A stretch of DNA of 63,892 bases from a virus (IMGVR_UViG_3300033433_000002:1-63892), one strand, 5' to 3'; positions 38,344 through 47,949 are shown, numbered from the stretch's first letter. Notes: generated by a model from the sequence alone, not told the origin. Program-made: numbers and translations.

Positions 38344-39452
38344 ACCATCTCCTTAATCGGGACGTTCCTAACTCCCTTCATCTCCTGTTCTATGGCCACC
38401 ATGATCACATCTGGAGTAAATAACCTCATGCACTTTGACCCCTTCTCTGGACTACCCATACACTTGTGTAGGTCATGGCAAGGGATACAAGGCAAGACTC
38501 CCTGTGGATAAAGCGCCCTGACATTCGGATAATATGAAACCCTGGTCCTCGGCTGGATCGCTCCAAAGAGTCCTATCGTTCGTTTTCCGAGGGCACCGGC
38601 AATATGAAGCGTTCCGGTATCCGGGGTCACAACAAAATTGGCTAACGAACAAAGGGCTATCAACTCGGGGGGTGTTGTTTTGTCTATGAGGTTCACAACA
38701 CCGGTCTTGGAAATTTCTTTAAGAAAAGTATTCCATGGCTGAGAAGTTCCAGTAAGAACAACCGTTGCTCCCCATTTCAGGATCTTTAAGCAGAGAGGTT
38801 TGACATATTTTGGGATAATCGACCTGGCAGCGGAGACCATCGAACAGTTCAAAAGAATGAATGGGTATTTGACTGCCTCTTTCATGTTCTCTATTTCTTT
38901 TTTGACAGATGGCAATTCAAACCTCTTCGGTGCCGGGTAAACTCCCACCAATTCATCAAACACGTCCGATCGATCCTTCAGGATGTAATCTTCCCATTTC
39001 CCGCGGCAGATCGAACCCATCTGTGGGGGCTCGGTGGCAAATCTCAAATCAATCACATTGTCGAACCGATACCGGTCAACGTCCTCGATTGAAATGACAC
39101 GATTCAGGAATCCAAAACTCTCCATGAATGAAACGTTACTTTTTAGGGTAGCAAGGATGACGGGCTTATCGGATCTTCGTTTCAACTCTCTCAGACTGGA
39201 TGAAAGAATGATGAGGTCTCCAATCCCTCCCATCCTTATCACGCAGGTCCCACCTACCTTCTTCTTTTGGTAAAACTTCGTTTCTTCGACCCGGACCACA
39301 GGAACGTTCAGACTGCTTTCAACTTTCGAATCAACGGATACCGGCATACACATGAACTTCTTAACCCCACCAGATACCGCAAAGACTTCCCGGGCCTTCC
39401 GTCGAGGGATCTCAAACTGCTTTCCGGTGATCGGATTTTCGAGAATGAACAT
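38337..39452 (-). CDS. GT9 family (heptosyltransferase-like) glycosyltransferase
   Basis: RMGGIGD, NLIDKT, DTG.LHIAGALG..TI.LFG, C.PC...C..CM. Confidence 0.9.
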   Translation of the reverse strand: MFILENPITGKQFEIPRRKAREVFAVSGGVKKFMCMPVSVDSKVESSLNVPVVRVEETKFYQKKKVGGTCVIRMGGIGDLIILSSSLRELKRRSDKPVILATLKSNVSFMESFGFLNRVISIEDVDRYRFDNVIDLRFATEPPQMGSICRGKWEDYILKDRSDVFDELVGVYPAPKRFELPSVKKEIENMKEAVKYPFILLNCSMVSAARSIIPKYVKPLCLKILKWGATVVLTGTSQPWNTFLKEISKTGVVNLIDKTTPPELIALCSLANFVVTPDTGTLHIAGALGKRTIGLFGAIQPRTRVSYYPNVRALYPQGVLPCIPCHDLHKCMGSPEKGSKCMRLFTPDVIMVAIEQEMKGVRNVPIKEMVC

Positions 39453-39460
39453 TATGCGTC

Positions 39461-41719
39461 CTATTGAATCGGTGGTTGACCACCCTGATCCGTTAACTGC
39501 CTTTGTGCCGGTCCATTCCCTCCAGCCCCCGGAGAAGATTCGGCCTCCATGATCAAGGCATCGGCAGCCTTAGCAAGCTGTGGACTCTGACTCAACATCC
39601 CTGCCGCCTGCATCGCCTTCAGATAACCTTCGAGCTTGGCCATCTTCGATTCCACATCCGTCTTGATTGCTTCAGCGCCCCTCTTCTGAACGTCGGCCTG
39701 AGCCAGGGCTAGTTGAGCCTTAACCATCAACATCTGTACCTGCTTCATGGCTTCCTGCTCGGTGGTCATGGCCTTTCGGGTCTGCTCTATCTCTGCCCGT
39801 TGCTCCTCGGTCATGTCCTCATCGGCGGCATGTTGGCCATTGAGTTTCCTGATTCTCTCGACCATTTCCTCCCGGTTCGGTAGGACATCCATGTTGTCGA
39901 TAACCAGGTCGAGAAGATTGAAGGCTACCTTGGCCATGTCTGGGCCAGCCTTGGCAAGGTTCATCATGAGTTCGGTCAACATCTCCTGGGCGCCGAGTCT
40001 AATAGACTCTCGATAGTCCTGCTTCCCGACAACGAAACGGGACTTCTCCCGGGCGATCGCATTGTCAATTCCTTGCGGGGTCCTCTTGTTGATCGTTACA
40101 AACTCATCCTTCTGGGTGTCTCCGGTGATCAGGACTTCCTTTTCCTCGTCGTAAAACTGTTCAATCAGACTTGCTACGACCTCTCCAACGGCCTGAAAAG
40201 CGTAGTAGTAGTTGTCGAACAAAGGTCCCTGTGCCACGGTTCCCTGAGCCTGAAGGGACTGAATAGCCTTACCTGAGAGGTTCCGGTCGGTCTGCCCAAG
40301 GTTCTGAGAAGTCACGCCAGCCGCGATGTTTTGAATGAATTCAGAATCCTCCCTTGCCAGCAAGAGTTGGGCCTGAGCCAGATCGTTGTGCTTGATGATG
40401 TCAATGGCCTTGGAACCCTGAAGGGCACCTTTAGCCACAACGATTTGACCGTCAGGCCTGTTCAACTCTTCCCGGAGCTTGATTGGGTCATTAATTGCGC
40501 CTTCCTCGTAAATGATCTGTTGGGCAGAAAGAAGGAAAAGACCTCGAGAACGACGACGGTTGTAGTCACTCTGGGGATCACGGAGGTCCCTAACTACCCC
40601 ATAAGGCATGTTGTCTCGCTTCCGGCGGTAGCAAAACATCGGAATCAAAGGAAAACGGTTGTGATTGTAAGGGGTCAGGATGTCTTGAAGGTAATGAGGT
40701 CCGGCCCAAATCGCCTGTCTTACGACAAGCATCACGGTATCAAAAGCCGAGAAATAGCCACCTTTCACCAAATAGTCATGGTCCTCGTGCCCTTCCCGGT
40801 AAATAGTCCCATCGAGAGCGCCATAGGGCGTGTCGTGGTCCACCATCCTCATGATCTTGACCTGTTGCGGCATCCTGTACCACATCTCCGACATCTTCAT
40901 GCGTTCCCTAGATCCAGAATATGGCCCTCCAAAAAGAGCATCCATCTCGGATTCCATGTCGAACTGAGAGGCGTCGTCGCTGATCACAATGTCATCTGGC
41001 ATGTAGGGGTAAAGGGAGTTAACTGATTCGCTGAGAGCTCTCAGGTCGTTCTCGCGCCCCGGGAACATGGCTATCCCAATATCTGAGTCGATCCATTTGT
41101 CTCTTACCAGAAAACGCCAGTCCCGGCAATCGAGGGATTTTCCAAGGTGATCAAACCAGACGTTACGCCAGTCCTCCTGGGTCCAATAGATCGGTTCTTC
41201 GCCAAGCGTGACATTCCTAACCCCAATATCGAGCCAACCCACCCCGGCCTTGATGCAATCCTGGAAGGCCTTGGAACGCAGGAATTCCCCGTTGTTCATA
41301 TCCTGAATGTATTTGTGGAGTTTGGTCTTGGTCTTGGCTTCCTGGGCGCCCTGCTTGGTTCGGGGAAGAATCCGGTAATCAATGCGGGCTTTAAGTTCGG
41401 TTCCAAGTATCCAGTTACAGACGTTTTTGATGATGTTAAAGACTTCGGGGGCTTGGTTGCGGTTCTTGAGGGTTTCTATTTCATCGGCATCAAACTGAAT
41501 GGAGTCAAAGTAATCTTCATCAGTTGCCATCTCCAAACGGTTGTCAGCCTGCGCTATCCGGGCCTGCCTTCTAAATCCGATCAACTTCTTTAGGCGATCC
41601 TGCCACTCTGGGCTTTCGAGAATGACTTTATCCCTTTCGGGATCGGCACGAGTGCGGGCTATTTCATTGGGAGACCTCCTTTCATCTGTCTGGGTGTCAC
41701 CAAAGATACGGTCAGGCAT
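39461..41719 (-). CDS. Portal protein (P22-like)
   Basis: D.DY....Q, N.I......G, G.GW, PY....FP..P, YG.VR...DPQ...N.R.S, SGKAI...Q.QG, FDN. Confidence 0.9.
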   Translation of the reverse strand: MPDRIFGDTQTDERRSPNEIARTRADPERDKVILESPEWQDRLKKLIGFRRQARIAQADNRLEMATDEDYFDSIQFDADEIETLKNRNQAPEVFNIIKNVCNWILGTELKARIDYRILPRTKQGAQEAKTKTKLHKYIQDMNNGEFLRSKAFQDCIKAGVGWLDIGVRNVTLGEEPIYWTQEDWRNVWFDHLGKSLDCRDWRFLVRDKWIDSDIGIAMFPGRENDLRALSESVNSLYPYMPDDIVISDDASQFDMESEMDALFGGPYSGSRERMKMSEMWYRMPQQVKIMRMVDHDTPYGALDGTIYREGHEDHDYLVKGGYFSAFDTVMLVVRQAIWAGPHYLQDILTPYNHNRFPLIPMFCYRRKRDNMPYGVVRDLRDPQSDYNRRRSRGLFLLSAQQIIYEEGAINDPIKLREELNRPDGQIVVAKGALQGSKAIDIIKHNDLAQAQLLLAREDSEFIQNIAAGVTSQNLGQTDRNLSGKAIQSLQAQGTVAQGPLFDNYYYAFQAVGEVVASLIEQFYDEEKEVLITGDTQKDEFVTINKRTPQGIDNAIAREKSRFVVGKQDYRESIRLGAQEMLTELMMNLAKAGPDMAKVAFNLLDLVIDNMDVLPNREEMVERIRKLNGQHAADEDMTEEQRAEIEQTRKAMTTEQEAMKQVQMLMVKAQLALAQADVQKRGAEAIKTDVESKMAKLEGYLKAMQAAGMLSQSPQLAKAADALIMEAESSPGAGGNGPAQRQLTDQGGQPPIQ

Positions 41720-41728
41720 TATGATTTA

Positions 41729-41757
41729 GGAATATCAGAAAGAAAAAGGCTGGTCAA
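41729..41757 (-). promoter_or_regulatory. Putative promoter directly before the portal gene
   Basis: TTGACC-17-TATTCC with TG extension; shares TTGAC.AGCCTTTTTC with the promoter at 48765; no SD before the portal ATG. Confidence 0.45.
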
Positions 41758-41796
41758 ATGACAGTAATTAACCATTGTGGACAATCGGACAGAAAA

Positions 41797-41997
41797 TTAC
41801 TGGTTGGAGAGGGAAATCTTAGACTTTTGAAGAAATTCTATCAAAATAGACTTTGAAATACGGATTTGTTTCCTTATTTTAATGGCCTCTATTACCTCGC
41901 TTTGACACCACAGATACACCGTACTCCTGGAAACTCCAAGGATAGTGGCAACCTCATCCGGACGAAAGAACAATTTATCAGGTAAGACTATTTGCAT
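41797..41997 (-). CDS. Excisionase-type (HTH_17/MerR-like) DNA-binding protein
   Basis: FRPDEVATILGVSRSTVY.W....I.AIK....RI. Confidence 0.85.
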   Translation of the reverse strand: MQIVLPDKLFFRPDEVATILGVSRSTVYLWCQSEVIEAIKIRKQIRISKSILIEFLQKSKISLSNQ

Positions 41998-42022
41998 CGC
42001 GGTGAGTCTCCTGAGATGGCGC

Positions 42023-42061
42023 TACATTTGGCGTGGCAAAACGTTACATTTGCCGTGGCAA
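42023..42061. repeat. Tandem 17-bp repeat with a 22-bp period (probable binding sites)
   Basis: TACATTTGGCGTGGCAA / TACATTTGCCGTGGCAA upstream of the HTH gene. Confidence 0.7.
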
Positions 42062-42126
42062 GCGGAAGGAGGGGCAGCCCCGAGCGCTTTCGGTTACTGG
42101 TTCATCCTCCCGCTCTGGTCAATGTC

Positions 42127-42456
42127 TTATGGCTGTGGTACATTCACCGTGTTCGCTACCACCGCATCGGCCACGGCCTTCTTGTTGGCCTCGATTCCTG
42201 CGAAGATTGCGTCAACCTTCGCCTGCTGGTCAGGGGTCAGTCCCCCGGCCAGAATCTTGTCAAGCTGGTCTTTGATGCTTGACGTCAAAGCGATAAGGCT
42301 GTCATCAACCGTCTTTTCTGCCTGCACATCTGCCAATACTTCATCAAGGGTCGCCATAATTCGTTTCACCTCCTTTCTGTGGAAATCATCAAGTCTACGA
42401 ATGATGAAATCCAGTTTTTTATCAATACGGTCCATCCAGGTCCATGGCCAGATCAC
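42127..42456 (-). CDS. Hypothetical helical protein
   Basis: Ala/Asp-rich helices; internal GGAGG suggests an alternative start at MATLDEV. Confidence 0.6.
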   Translation of the reverse strand: MIWPWTWMDRIDKKLDFIIRRLDDFHRKEVKRIMATLDEVLADVQAEKTVDDSLIALTSSIKDQLDKILAGGLTPDQQAKVDAIFAGIEANKKAVADAVVANTVNVPQP

Positions 42457-43043
42457 GCCTCTCCCCCCTCAATCACCAGATCACTCTCCTTCACGGTCAA
42501 TTCTTGGGTGCCTACCTTCTTCCCTCCAGCGAACAGCGTCACATCCCCGGCGTTCAACTCCTTCTCGGGCGGTAGCTCCGGCATATTCTTTAACTCCTCA
42601 ATTCCATCTTGGATCCAAAGGTGGAGTTGGATCGCTGCTTCCGGCCTCACCTCGATGTCGAACATCCGGAGGCACTTGGAAAGGTTGAAGCAGACGCAGG
42701 GCAGTATACTTGTGGCCTCGTGGAGCGCTATGGCTAGGGTCAAATCAACCATATCGTCCTTGGCCTGTTCCCGGGCTGGGCTTCCTACAAGGCAGAATTT
42801 AAGGGCAGCCTGCGTCTTTCTGACCTTATCCTCGAAGTCCATGGTATCGGCCTTGAGCGCGACAAAATTATCTTCAGGAGAAATATATTTCCAGAACGCC
42901 GACAGGGTGATCATGAACGACCGCCCGAGTTTGTTGTCATGTCGAATGACCATCGTGGGTTCGTAGGTTTCGGACTCGTCGGCATTGGTCATAATGTGAT
43001 CGTATGACCGCTTCAGGCCTCCAAGATAATTAATTCTTGGCAT
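42453..43043 (-). CDS. Hypothetical protein
   Basis: Coupled ORF within the operon. Confidence 0.6.
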   Translation of the reverse strand: MPRINYLGGLKRSYDHIMTNADESETYEPTMVIRHDNKLGRSFMITLSAFWKYISPEDNFVALKADTMDFEDKVRKTQAALKFCLVGSPAREQAKDDMVDLTLAIALHEATSILPCVCFNLSKCLRMFDIEVRPEAAIQLHLWIQDGIEELKNMPELPPEKELNAGDVTLFAGGKKVGTQELTVKESDLVIEGGEA

Positions 43044-43230
43044 CTTTAACCCCCTCCTTCCACTCTCCGCACCAGTTCTCTGGCTTATTAGGTGGATATT
43101 CTGACATGGCCATCATCTGAACCTTGTTGCCTACCGTCAGCCTTCCAGGGACGAGAAACATGGTCGGCGGGTGAGCTCGGCAATGCGTTTTGTTGAAGAA
43201 TCGGCAGTTACCGCAGCACTCTTTGTCCAT
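43030..43230 (-). CDS. Small Cys-rich protein
   Basis: GGAGG RBS; C.NCRFF...CRAHPP...P....WCGEW. Confidence 0.65.
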   Translation of the reverse strand: MDKECCGNCRFFNKTHCRAHPPTMFLVPGRLTVGNKVQMMAMSEYPPNKPENWCGEWKEGVKDAKN

Positions 43231-43240
43231 CTCTTCCTCC

Positions 43241-44803
43241 TTAACCCGTCCGCCAAGAAGTTCGCGGAGCCCTCTCGCGCCAGTTGTCATACTTAGGGTG
43301 TCTCTTCGGCGTTGAGACCAGACAATAAACCACGGCCTCACCCTTGTCCGGAGACCTCCCAAGCCTTCGTTTCAACCCCGCCACCTTCACCCCGTCGCTC
43401 CCGATCGTGTCCTCTTTGGGTTCGATTACTATTCCCTGGGTTGTCAAGGACCACATAGGAGCACAGAGATCCCCGCGGAGTTCCTTATCGTCCGGCAAGG
43501 CCACGTTCTCACCGAACTGGGGATCTAGGGCCTCTCGCATCCTCCACCAAAGCTCTGCCCTCTTGTTCTTAAACTTCAGCCGGCCCGTTGCTCGGTCCAC
43601 GGCACCAGGAGGAGACGCCTCCGCGCTGTTGATGTCCACCACTTGGACGTTGTTTTGCCGGAGATGATCGACCACCGATCCCCCAACCCCAATGACATCG
43701 ACATGGACCGGAGCCCCATCTTTTATCGCAGATACCACTATCCCGGCTGCCGTTGGACCGTCAGGTGTCTCTGTCCCCGGAAATGTCTTGAGCGTGTCAA
43801 ACCAATTCGCATAACGTGTCGAGATAACGGTCTTATCTTTCCCACCCCGGGCGACATCCACTCCAGCAGAATCCATTCCTCCCCTCTTCCCCCCTGCCGT
43901 CCACCTGGCCATGGCCGCGTCAACCCAGGCCGTGGGAATAACCTGCCATTGGCTATCCTCCATTCCAGCCTTGAAGTCACCTTTGAGCATTTGTGACCGG
44001 AGAGGTTCAGGAAGTGCCTGAAGGACTGACATATATGGCGTGACGGATAAGAAAGGGTTGTCAGTGACCCTTGAGGGGATGAACGTTCGAGATAGGGGCT
44101 TAATCAACTCTCCTTTATGCTCAATGGGGGTCCCGTCAGCAACCTCAATATCCTCTCCGTCAATCGTTGTGAACCACCGGAGTTCCCCGGAAAGTGCCGG
44201 CTTCGGGTGCTTATCGTCGAGCCAGGGTGCCCAATAATCTATTACCCATCTTCCATCTTGCGTTGTCGGTGGGTTTCCGGTACAGACAATTCTACATCGT
44301 TGACCAGATATTGTACTCCGAAGCCATGTCTGAAGGAACCTAAATTGAGAAAGCAGGAATAGAGGAATTTCATCAAAGGCAAGAAGGTCATGGGGTCTGC
44401 CCTGCCATTTTAATTCATCACCCGGATTTGGACAGGATCCAAACTCAACCTGCCTCCCCGTCAATCTCCAAATGAGATGCTGAGAATTATACCCGTCCCT
44501 ACTCCCAAGTATCTCCGTCATACGATCAATCAAGGCTTGGGTCTGGGTGGCTTCTCGCCTTAGAATTAGGGATTGCCTATGCTGAGTGAGGGAGAGCCCA
44601 AGAAGAAGATCGCTTTTGCTTCCCCCTGCTGCTCCTCCAAAATAAAGAATATCTGCCTCTGATTCAAAGGCTTCAAGTTGGGGACCAGGTATTGGAGTCC
44701 ATACCGGCAGCACTTTCAGTTCTTCTTCTATCTGCCGGGCTATCAAAGGGGACCCTTCCAACAACTTGCCCAACCTGACAATCATCTCAGCGTAAGACGA
44801 CAT
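43241..44803 (-). CDS. terL: Terminase large subunit
   Basis: PGPQ, GGAAGGSKS, FDE, TGNP, DNPFL, GVDVARGG.D, N.RAE.WW.MRE, RSPD. Confidence 0.93.
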   Translation of the reverse strand: MSSYAEMIVRLGKLLEGSPLIARQIEEELKVLPVWTPIPGPQLEAFESEADILYFGGAAGGSKSDLLLGLSLTQHRQSLILRREATQTQALIDRMTEILGSRDGYNSQHLIWRLTGRQVEFGSCPNPGDELKWQGRPHDLLAFDEIPLFLLSQFRFLQTWLRSTISGQRCRIVCTGNPPTTQDGRWVIDYWAPWLDDKHPKPALSGELRWFTTIDGEDIEVADGTPIEHKGELIKPLSRTFIPSRVTDNPFLSVTPYMSVLQALPEPLRSQMLKGDFKAGMEDSQWQVIPTAWVDAAMARWTAGGKRGGMDSAGVDVARGGKDKTVISTRYANWFDTLKTFPGTETPDGPTAAGIVVSAIKDGAPVHVDVIGVGGSVVDHLRQNNVQVVDINSAEASPPGAVDRATGRLKFKNKRAELWWRMREALDPQFGENVALPDDKELRGDLCAPMWSLTTQGIVIEPKEDTIGSDGVKVAGLKRRLGRSPDKGEAVVYCLVSTPKRHPKYDNWRERAPRTSWRTG

Positions 44804-45150
44804 TATTCCCCTTGCTTGTCTTCGAGTGCTGCTTGTTCCTTCTTCGCCTGTTCAACGAGAAACACGATCCTTGCCGCCAACAAAAGAGGTTGAAGCGGCT
44901 TATCTCCCCCAAGATCTAACGACCCCTCGATCTCGGTTTTCTTTGGCATAAGGCCCGGGAGTGTGTCTAACAAGAACCTCTCCTTGGCTCTTTTTGAAGT
45001 GGCAAGAAGGTCCTCCACCAACTTCTTTCCCCCAAGTTTGAAGAATACCTTGAAATAATCATCCTTGGCCTTCACGCACTTATTCTTTGAGCCTTTTGCT
45101 CGGCCCTTATGATACGTTAAATTCTCAGGAACCCCACCTTTTCTTGGCAT
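44803..45150 (-). CDS. Probable terminase small subunit
   Basis: GRAKGSKNK motif; coupled upstream of terL. Confidence 0.7.
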   Translation of the reverse strand: MPRKGGVPENLTYHKGRAKGSKNKCVKAKDDYFKVFFKLGGKKLVEDLLATSKRAKERFLLDTLPGLMPKKTEIEGSLDLGGDKPLQPLLLAARIVFLVEQAKKEQAALEDKQGE

Positions 45151-45187
45151 ATAATTTCTATTTCTTTCTATTCCCCAATAGAAACGC

Positions 45188-45364
45188 TTACTTCAAGTTT
45201 CTTTCAATATGCACACTCACCGTCTCATTTGCTGGCCATGCGCCGATCCCAAGCGCGTTAACGTCCTCAGTTTCGATCACAACACGATAACTTTTGTCAA
45301 GTGATACCAGAGACTTGGCTTTAACCTCCTTGACCACTCCTACGAACTGCGCAACGTTTTCCAT
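45188..45364 (-). CDS. Hypothetical protein
   Basis: AAGGAG RBS; beta-rich 58 aa. Confidence 0.55.
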   Translation of the reverse strand: MENVAQFVGVVKEVKAKSLVSLDKSYRVVIETEDVNALGIGAWPANETVSVHIERNLK

Positions 45365-45375
45365 GGCTTCTCCTT

Positions 45376-45750
45376 TCAAACCTCTTTTATCCTGATCTTA
45401 TGAACCCAGAGCATCAGTTTTCTTTTAATCTTGTAATCCGACAACCGCATCCCCTTCGCGTCGATCACCACAACCTCACCGTCATTGTGGGTCACAACGA
45501 AGTCGGCCTTGTAGGTGCAAGCTCTCTCGATGCACTTTCCGTCTTCGCGCTGTGCCGGGATGAGTTCGTATGAAACCTGCCGTTCGAAACCAAGGATTCC
45601 CCCGCTTCCCTTTAGCAGTTTGAGGTCCTCGTAAATCCCTGCCTCCTTCTTCGAGTCGAATATTATCCCGTCAACTTCGATCTTCTTGTTTCGGTATTTA
45701 TTCCGAGAAGCCATCAGGTTAGAAAAAGCCAAATGGTTTGGATTGCTCAT
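45376..45750 (-). CDS. DUF1064 family PD-(D/E)XK endonuclease
   Basis: NKY.NKK..VDGI.FDSKKEA, YKADF, DAKG, YKIK.KL. Confidence 0.9.
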   Translation of the reverse strand: MSNPNHLAFSNLMASRNKYRNKKIEVDGIIFDSKKEAGIYEDLKLLKGSGGILGFERQVSYELIPAQREDGKCIERACTYKADFVVTHNDGEVVVIDAKGMRLSDYKIKRKLMLWVHKIRIKEV

Positions 45751-45947
45751 GGCCTCCTCATCATGGAAAGAGCGCGGGTGAGAGACATAGATTGCCTCTT
45801 TAATGCCGCTCCCTCCGGCGACCTCCTCACGCTCTCCGGGTGCTTCTTCTGGTTTTTAAGGGGTCCTGTCTTCCAAAAGTCGCTTGCTTTATTTAGAAAC
45901 ATCTTTGCCTCATACTCTGCCAGCCGGATCGCGGCGCGTTTCATCAT
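45747..45947 (-). CDS. Hypothetical protein
   Basis: ATGA-coupled on both sides. Confidence 0.55.
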   Translation of the reverse strand: MMKRAAIRLAEYEAKMFLNKASDFWKTGPLKNQKKHPESVRRSPEGAALKRQSMSLTRALSMMRRP

Positions 45948-46453
45948 GTCACCCCCTTTGTTTTTGATACTTCCTTTATTGTCTCTACCACCGATTCAGG
46001 GCACGATGCCAACACCCAAACAGGAACACGAATAACTTTGTACCCCATCTTTTTCATATAAAAATCTCTAATATCGTCACGCTTTTTTGAATGTTGTGGC
46101 CCGTCTAATTCTATTACCAAAAACCCATTAACAAGATAATCTGCCGTATAAGGCCCGATTTTATATTGAAAACTGAACTTAATTTTTGACTCGCTCAACA
46201 TCCTGTAAAGAATCAACTCTATCTTACTATCAGCTTTTCTCCTTTCCTCATCTAAAACACCTACCAGTATTTGAGATACAGACTTTGGCTTATTCCTTTC
46301 GTCCTCGTAAAGTCTTTTTGTTTTACATTGCACCTGTGCATGAAGTATTGAAGCTATCTGATCGCTATCCATTCCCTCTTTTGCCAAACTTACGGCAAGA
46401 GGAGTAAGCTCATCGAGTGCATCAGCTTGAAGTTTTCCCGTAATCTCTTTCAT
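45944..46453 (-). CDS. DUF559/Vsr-like endonuclease
   Basis: Q..IGPY.AD, LVIELDG.QH, RD..RD......GY.VIR. Confidence 0.88.
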   Translation of the reverse strand: MKEITGKLQADALDELTPLAVSLAKEGMDSDQIASILHAQVQCKTKRLYEDERNKPKSVSQILVGVLDEERRKADSKIELILYRMLSESKIKFSFQYKIGPYTADYLVNGFLVIELDGPQHSKKRDDIRDFYMKKMGYKVIRVPVWVLASCPESVVETIKEVSKTKGVT

Positions 46454-47159
46454 TGTAGTTCGATCCCTCTACCCTTATAATTTTTAGACAATATGCCCAA
46501 GGTCCATCTTCAAATTCTTTTTTTAAAGCTGCCCTGCAAAGAGTGTGAAGGATTGCTCTGGGATTCCTTTTCTCTTTTAGCATCTTATTCTTAAAAGCGA
46601 ACACCTCTGGAAAGATTTTATCTTCATAGAGCTTACCGCAGGTCTCCTCTAATTTTTCTAAAATCATGGGGTCTGATCCTTGCTCTATTTCTTCTTTTTC
46701 GGGTAGATTAAAAAGCGCGTCAGCATGCTCTTTTATATTTATCTTTGCAGTAGAAGAAGAAGATGAAGAAGAAGAAGGGACCGTTATATTATCGTTACTG
46801 GTGGCGTTACTATCTTTATTACTCCTAAACCGTTGAACCCTTAACCTTGTGTTATCTCTTTCTTTTTGCTCTCTAAACATCCTTCTGTTTATTATTGTTA
46901 CTTCTCCGTTACGATTTGTTACATCTGCAAATTTTAGCCTTTCAGCATCATTTATAAATACCTCGAACTCCCCGTTGCTTGCCCTCAAAAGTCGGGACAG
47001 TTCTTCGGCAGTACCGGAGATTTTCCCCCGGTCCCTTCCCTCCCACATATAGCATAGGGCATTTATCCAAATTCCCCTGGTAGAAGATGATGCGCTTTGT
47101 AATTCTGGATCGCTCAACCAATCCCTAACATAGAATTGAAAAGCTGGAGCCTTACCCGT
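46422..47159 (-). CDS. Replication initiator (YdaU/DUF1376-like), apparently starting at ACG
   Basis: (ACG)GKAPAFQFYVRDWLSD...RG.WI..LC.MW, N.RM..E, RVQRFR, poly-Ser linker. Confidence 0.75.
   Translation of the reverse strand, partial: TGKAPAFQFYVRDWLSDPELQSASSSTRGIWINALCYMWEGRDRGKISGTAEELSRLLRASNGEFEVFINDAERLKFADVTNRNGEVTIINRRMFREQKERDNTRLRVQRFRSNKDSNATSNDNITVPSSSSSSSSTAKINIKEHADALFNLPEKEEIEQGSDPMILEKLEETCGKLYEDKIFPEVFAFKNKMLKEKRNPRAILHTLCRAALKKEFEDGPWAYCLKIIRVEGSNYNERDYGKTSS
46782..46922. promoter_or_regulatory. Putative replication-origin iterons inside the initiator gene
   Basis: Two clusters of three GTTA(C/T) units at 10-12 bp spacing (46783/94/806 and 46897/908/918). Confidence 0.45.
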
Positions 47160-47162
47160 AAA

Positions 47163-47459
47163 TCACCCCCATGGCATCGATAGCTGCCTATGTTCCCGTT
47201 CCTTCCGGGTCGTAGTCCTCCACTGGATCGCGTTTCTACCGGTGATCCGGCATGGGCGCCTGCCGCACTCCCTCACCATGTCTTTCTCCCGGAGCTCGAA
47301 CACCCGGGGCGTCACTCGGTTGATCGACCAGCCAAGCCTTTGGGCAATCTCTGTATTCGTCAGGGGCGGGGCGTTCTCGAGGACCGACAATACCGCGATC
47401 TGTCTGGGCCCCAACGTTGGCTTAACCTCTTCGTAGGCCTCAAGTGAGGTTTCCTGCAT
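47163..47459 (-). CDS. Winged-helix DNA-binding protein
   Basis: TS.EAY, RQ..VL, TN.EIA..LG..IN.VTPR..EL. Confidence 0.8.
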   Translation of the reverse strand: MQETSLEAYEEVKPTLGPRQIAVLSVLENAPPLTNTEIAQRLGWSINRVTPRVFELREKDMVRECGRRPCRITGRNAIQWRTTTRKEREHRQLSMPWG

Positions 47460-47727
47460 GGCGCTTTCTCCTGAACAGCCAAATTTCATCTTGGGACCGC
47501 TTTAGGCTGTATCGTTTCCAGTCCCCCGCGTAGGCGTGGAGGTTCCCATGATGCCTCTTTTGTTGCTTCCTGACGTACTCGTTCCGGGTAAGTGTAGGAT
47601 CAGGCGAGGGTGAGTCATCGGGCCACCAACCGCATAGAAAACACCGCGTCTCTCCGTATTCGTCGGTAAACCAGAAATGGCGGCAAGGAATATCTGACAT
47701 CTCTTCTCCCCTCTCAACGTAAGTCAA
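47440..47727 (-). CDS. Small Zn-finger-like hypothetical protein
   Basis: C.H.W......CFLCG. Confidence 0.5.
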   Translation of the reverse strand: MTYVERGEEMSDIPCRHFWFTDEYGETRCFLCGWWPDDSPSPDPTLTRNEYVRKQQKRHHGNLHAYAGDWKRYSLKRSQDEIWLFRRKRHAGNLT

Positions 47728-47921
47728 CCCTTATTACCTTCTCCCCATGTTTCTTCCGTGATAAAATGGCCCAGGTGATACTTTTTTACGTAAACTGCGA
47801 AGTCCAGAAGGAGAGTCATCATGTCACATTTTGAACGGGCTTCCTTGACGGCCAGCCTTTCGATGTCGGCTTCCAGGGAGATGGGCAATCTGAGGTAGTA
47901 TGCGGGGCCTTTTTTATCCAT
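47724..47921 (-). CDS. Arc-like ribbon-helix-helix regulator
   Basis: YYLRLP..L...I..LA..E.RS...M...LL. Confidence 0.7.
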   Translation of the reverse strand: MDKKGPAYYLRLPISLEADIERLAVKEARSKCDMMTLLLDFAVYVKKYHLGHFITEETWGEGNKG

Positions 47922-47949
47922 TGACTCCCATTTTTGAGGATGGTATCAT
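47921..47949 (+). promoter_or_regulatory. Sigma70 promoter antisense to the leftward early operon
   Basis: TTGACT-17-TATCAT with TG extension. Confidence 0.7.
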
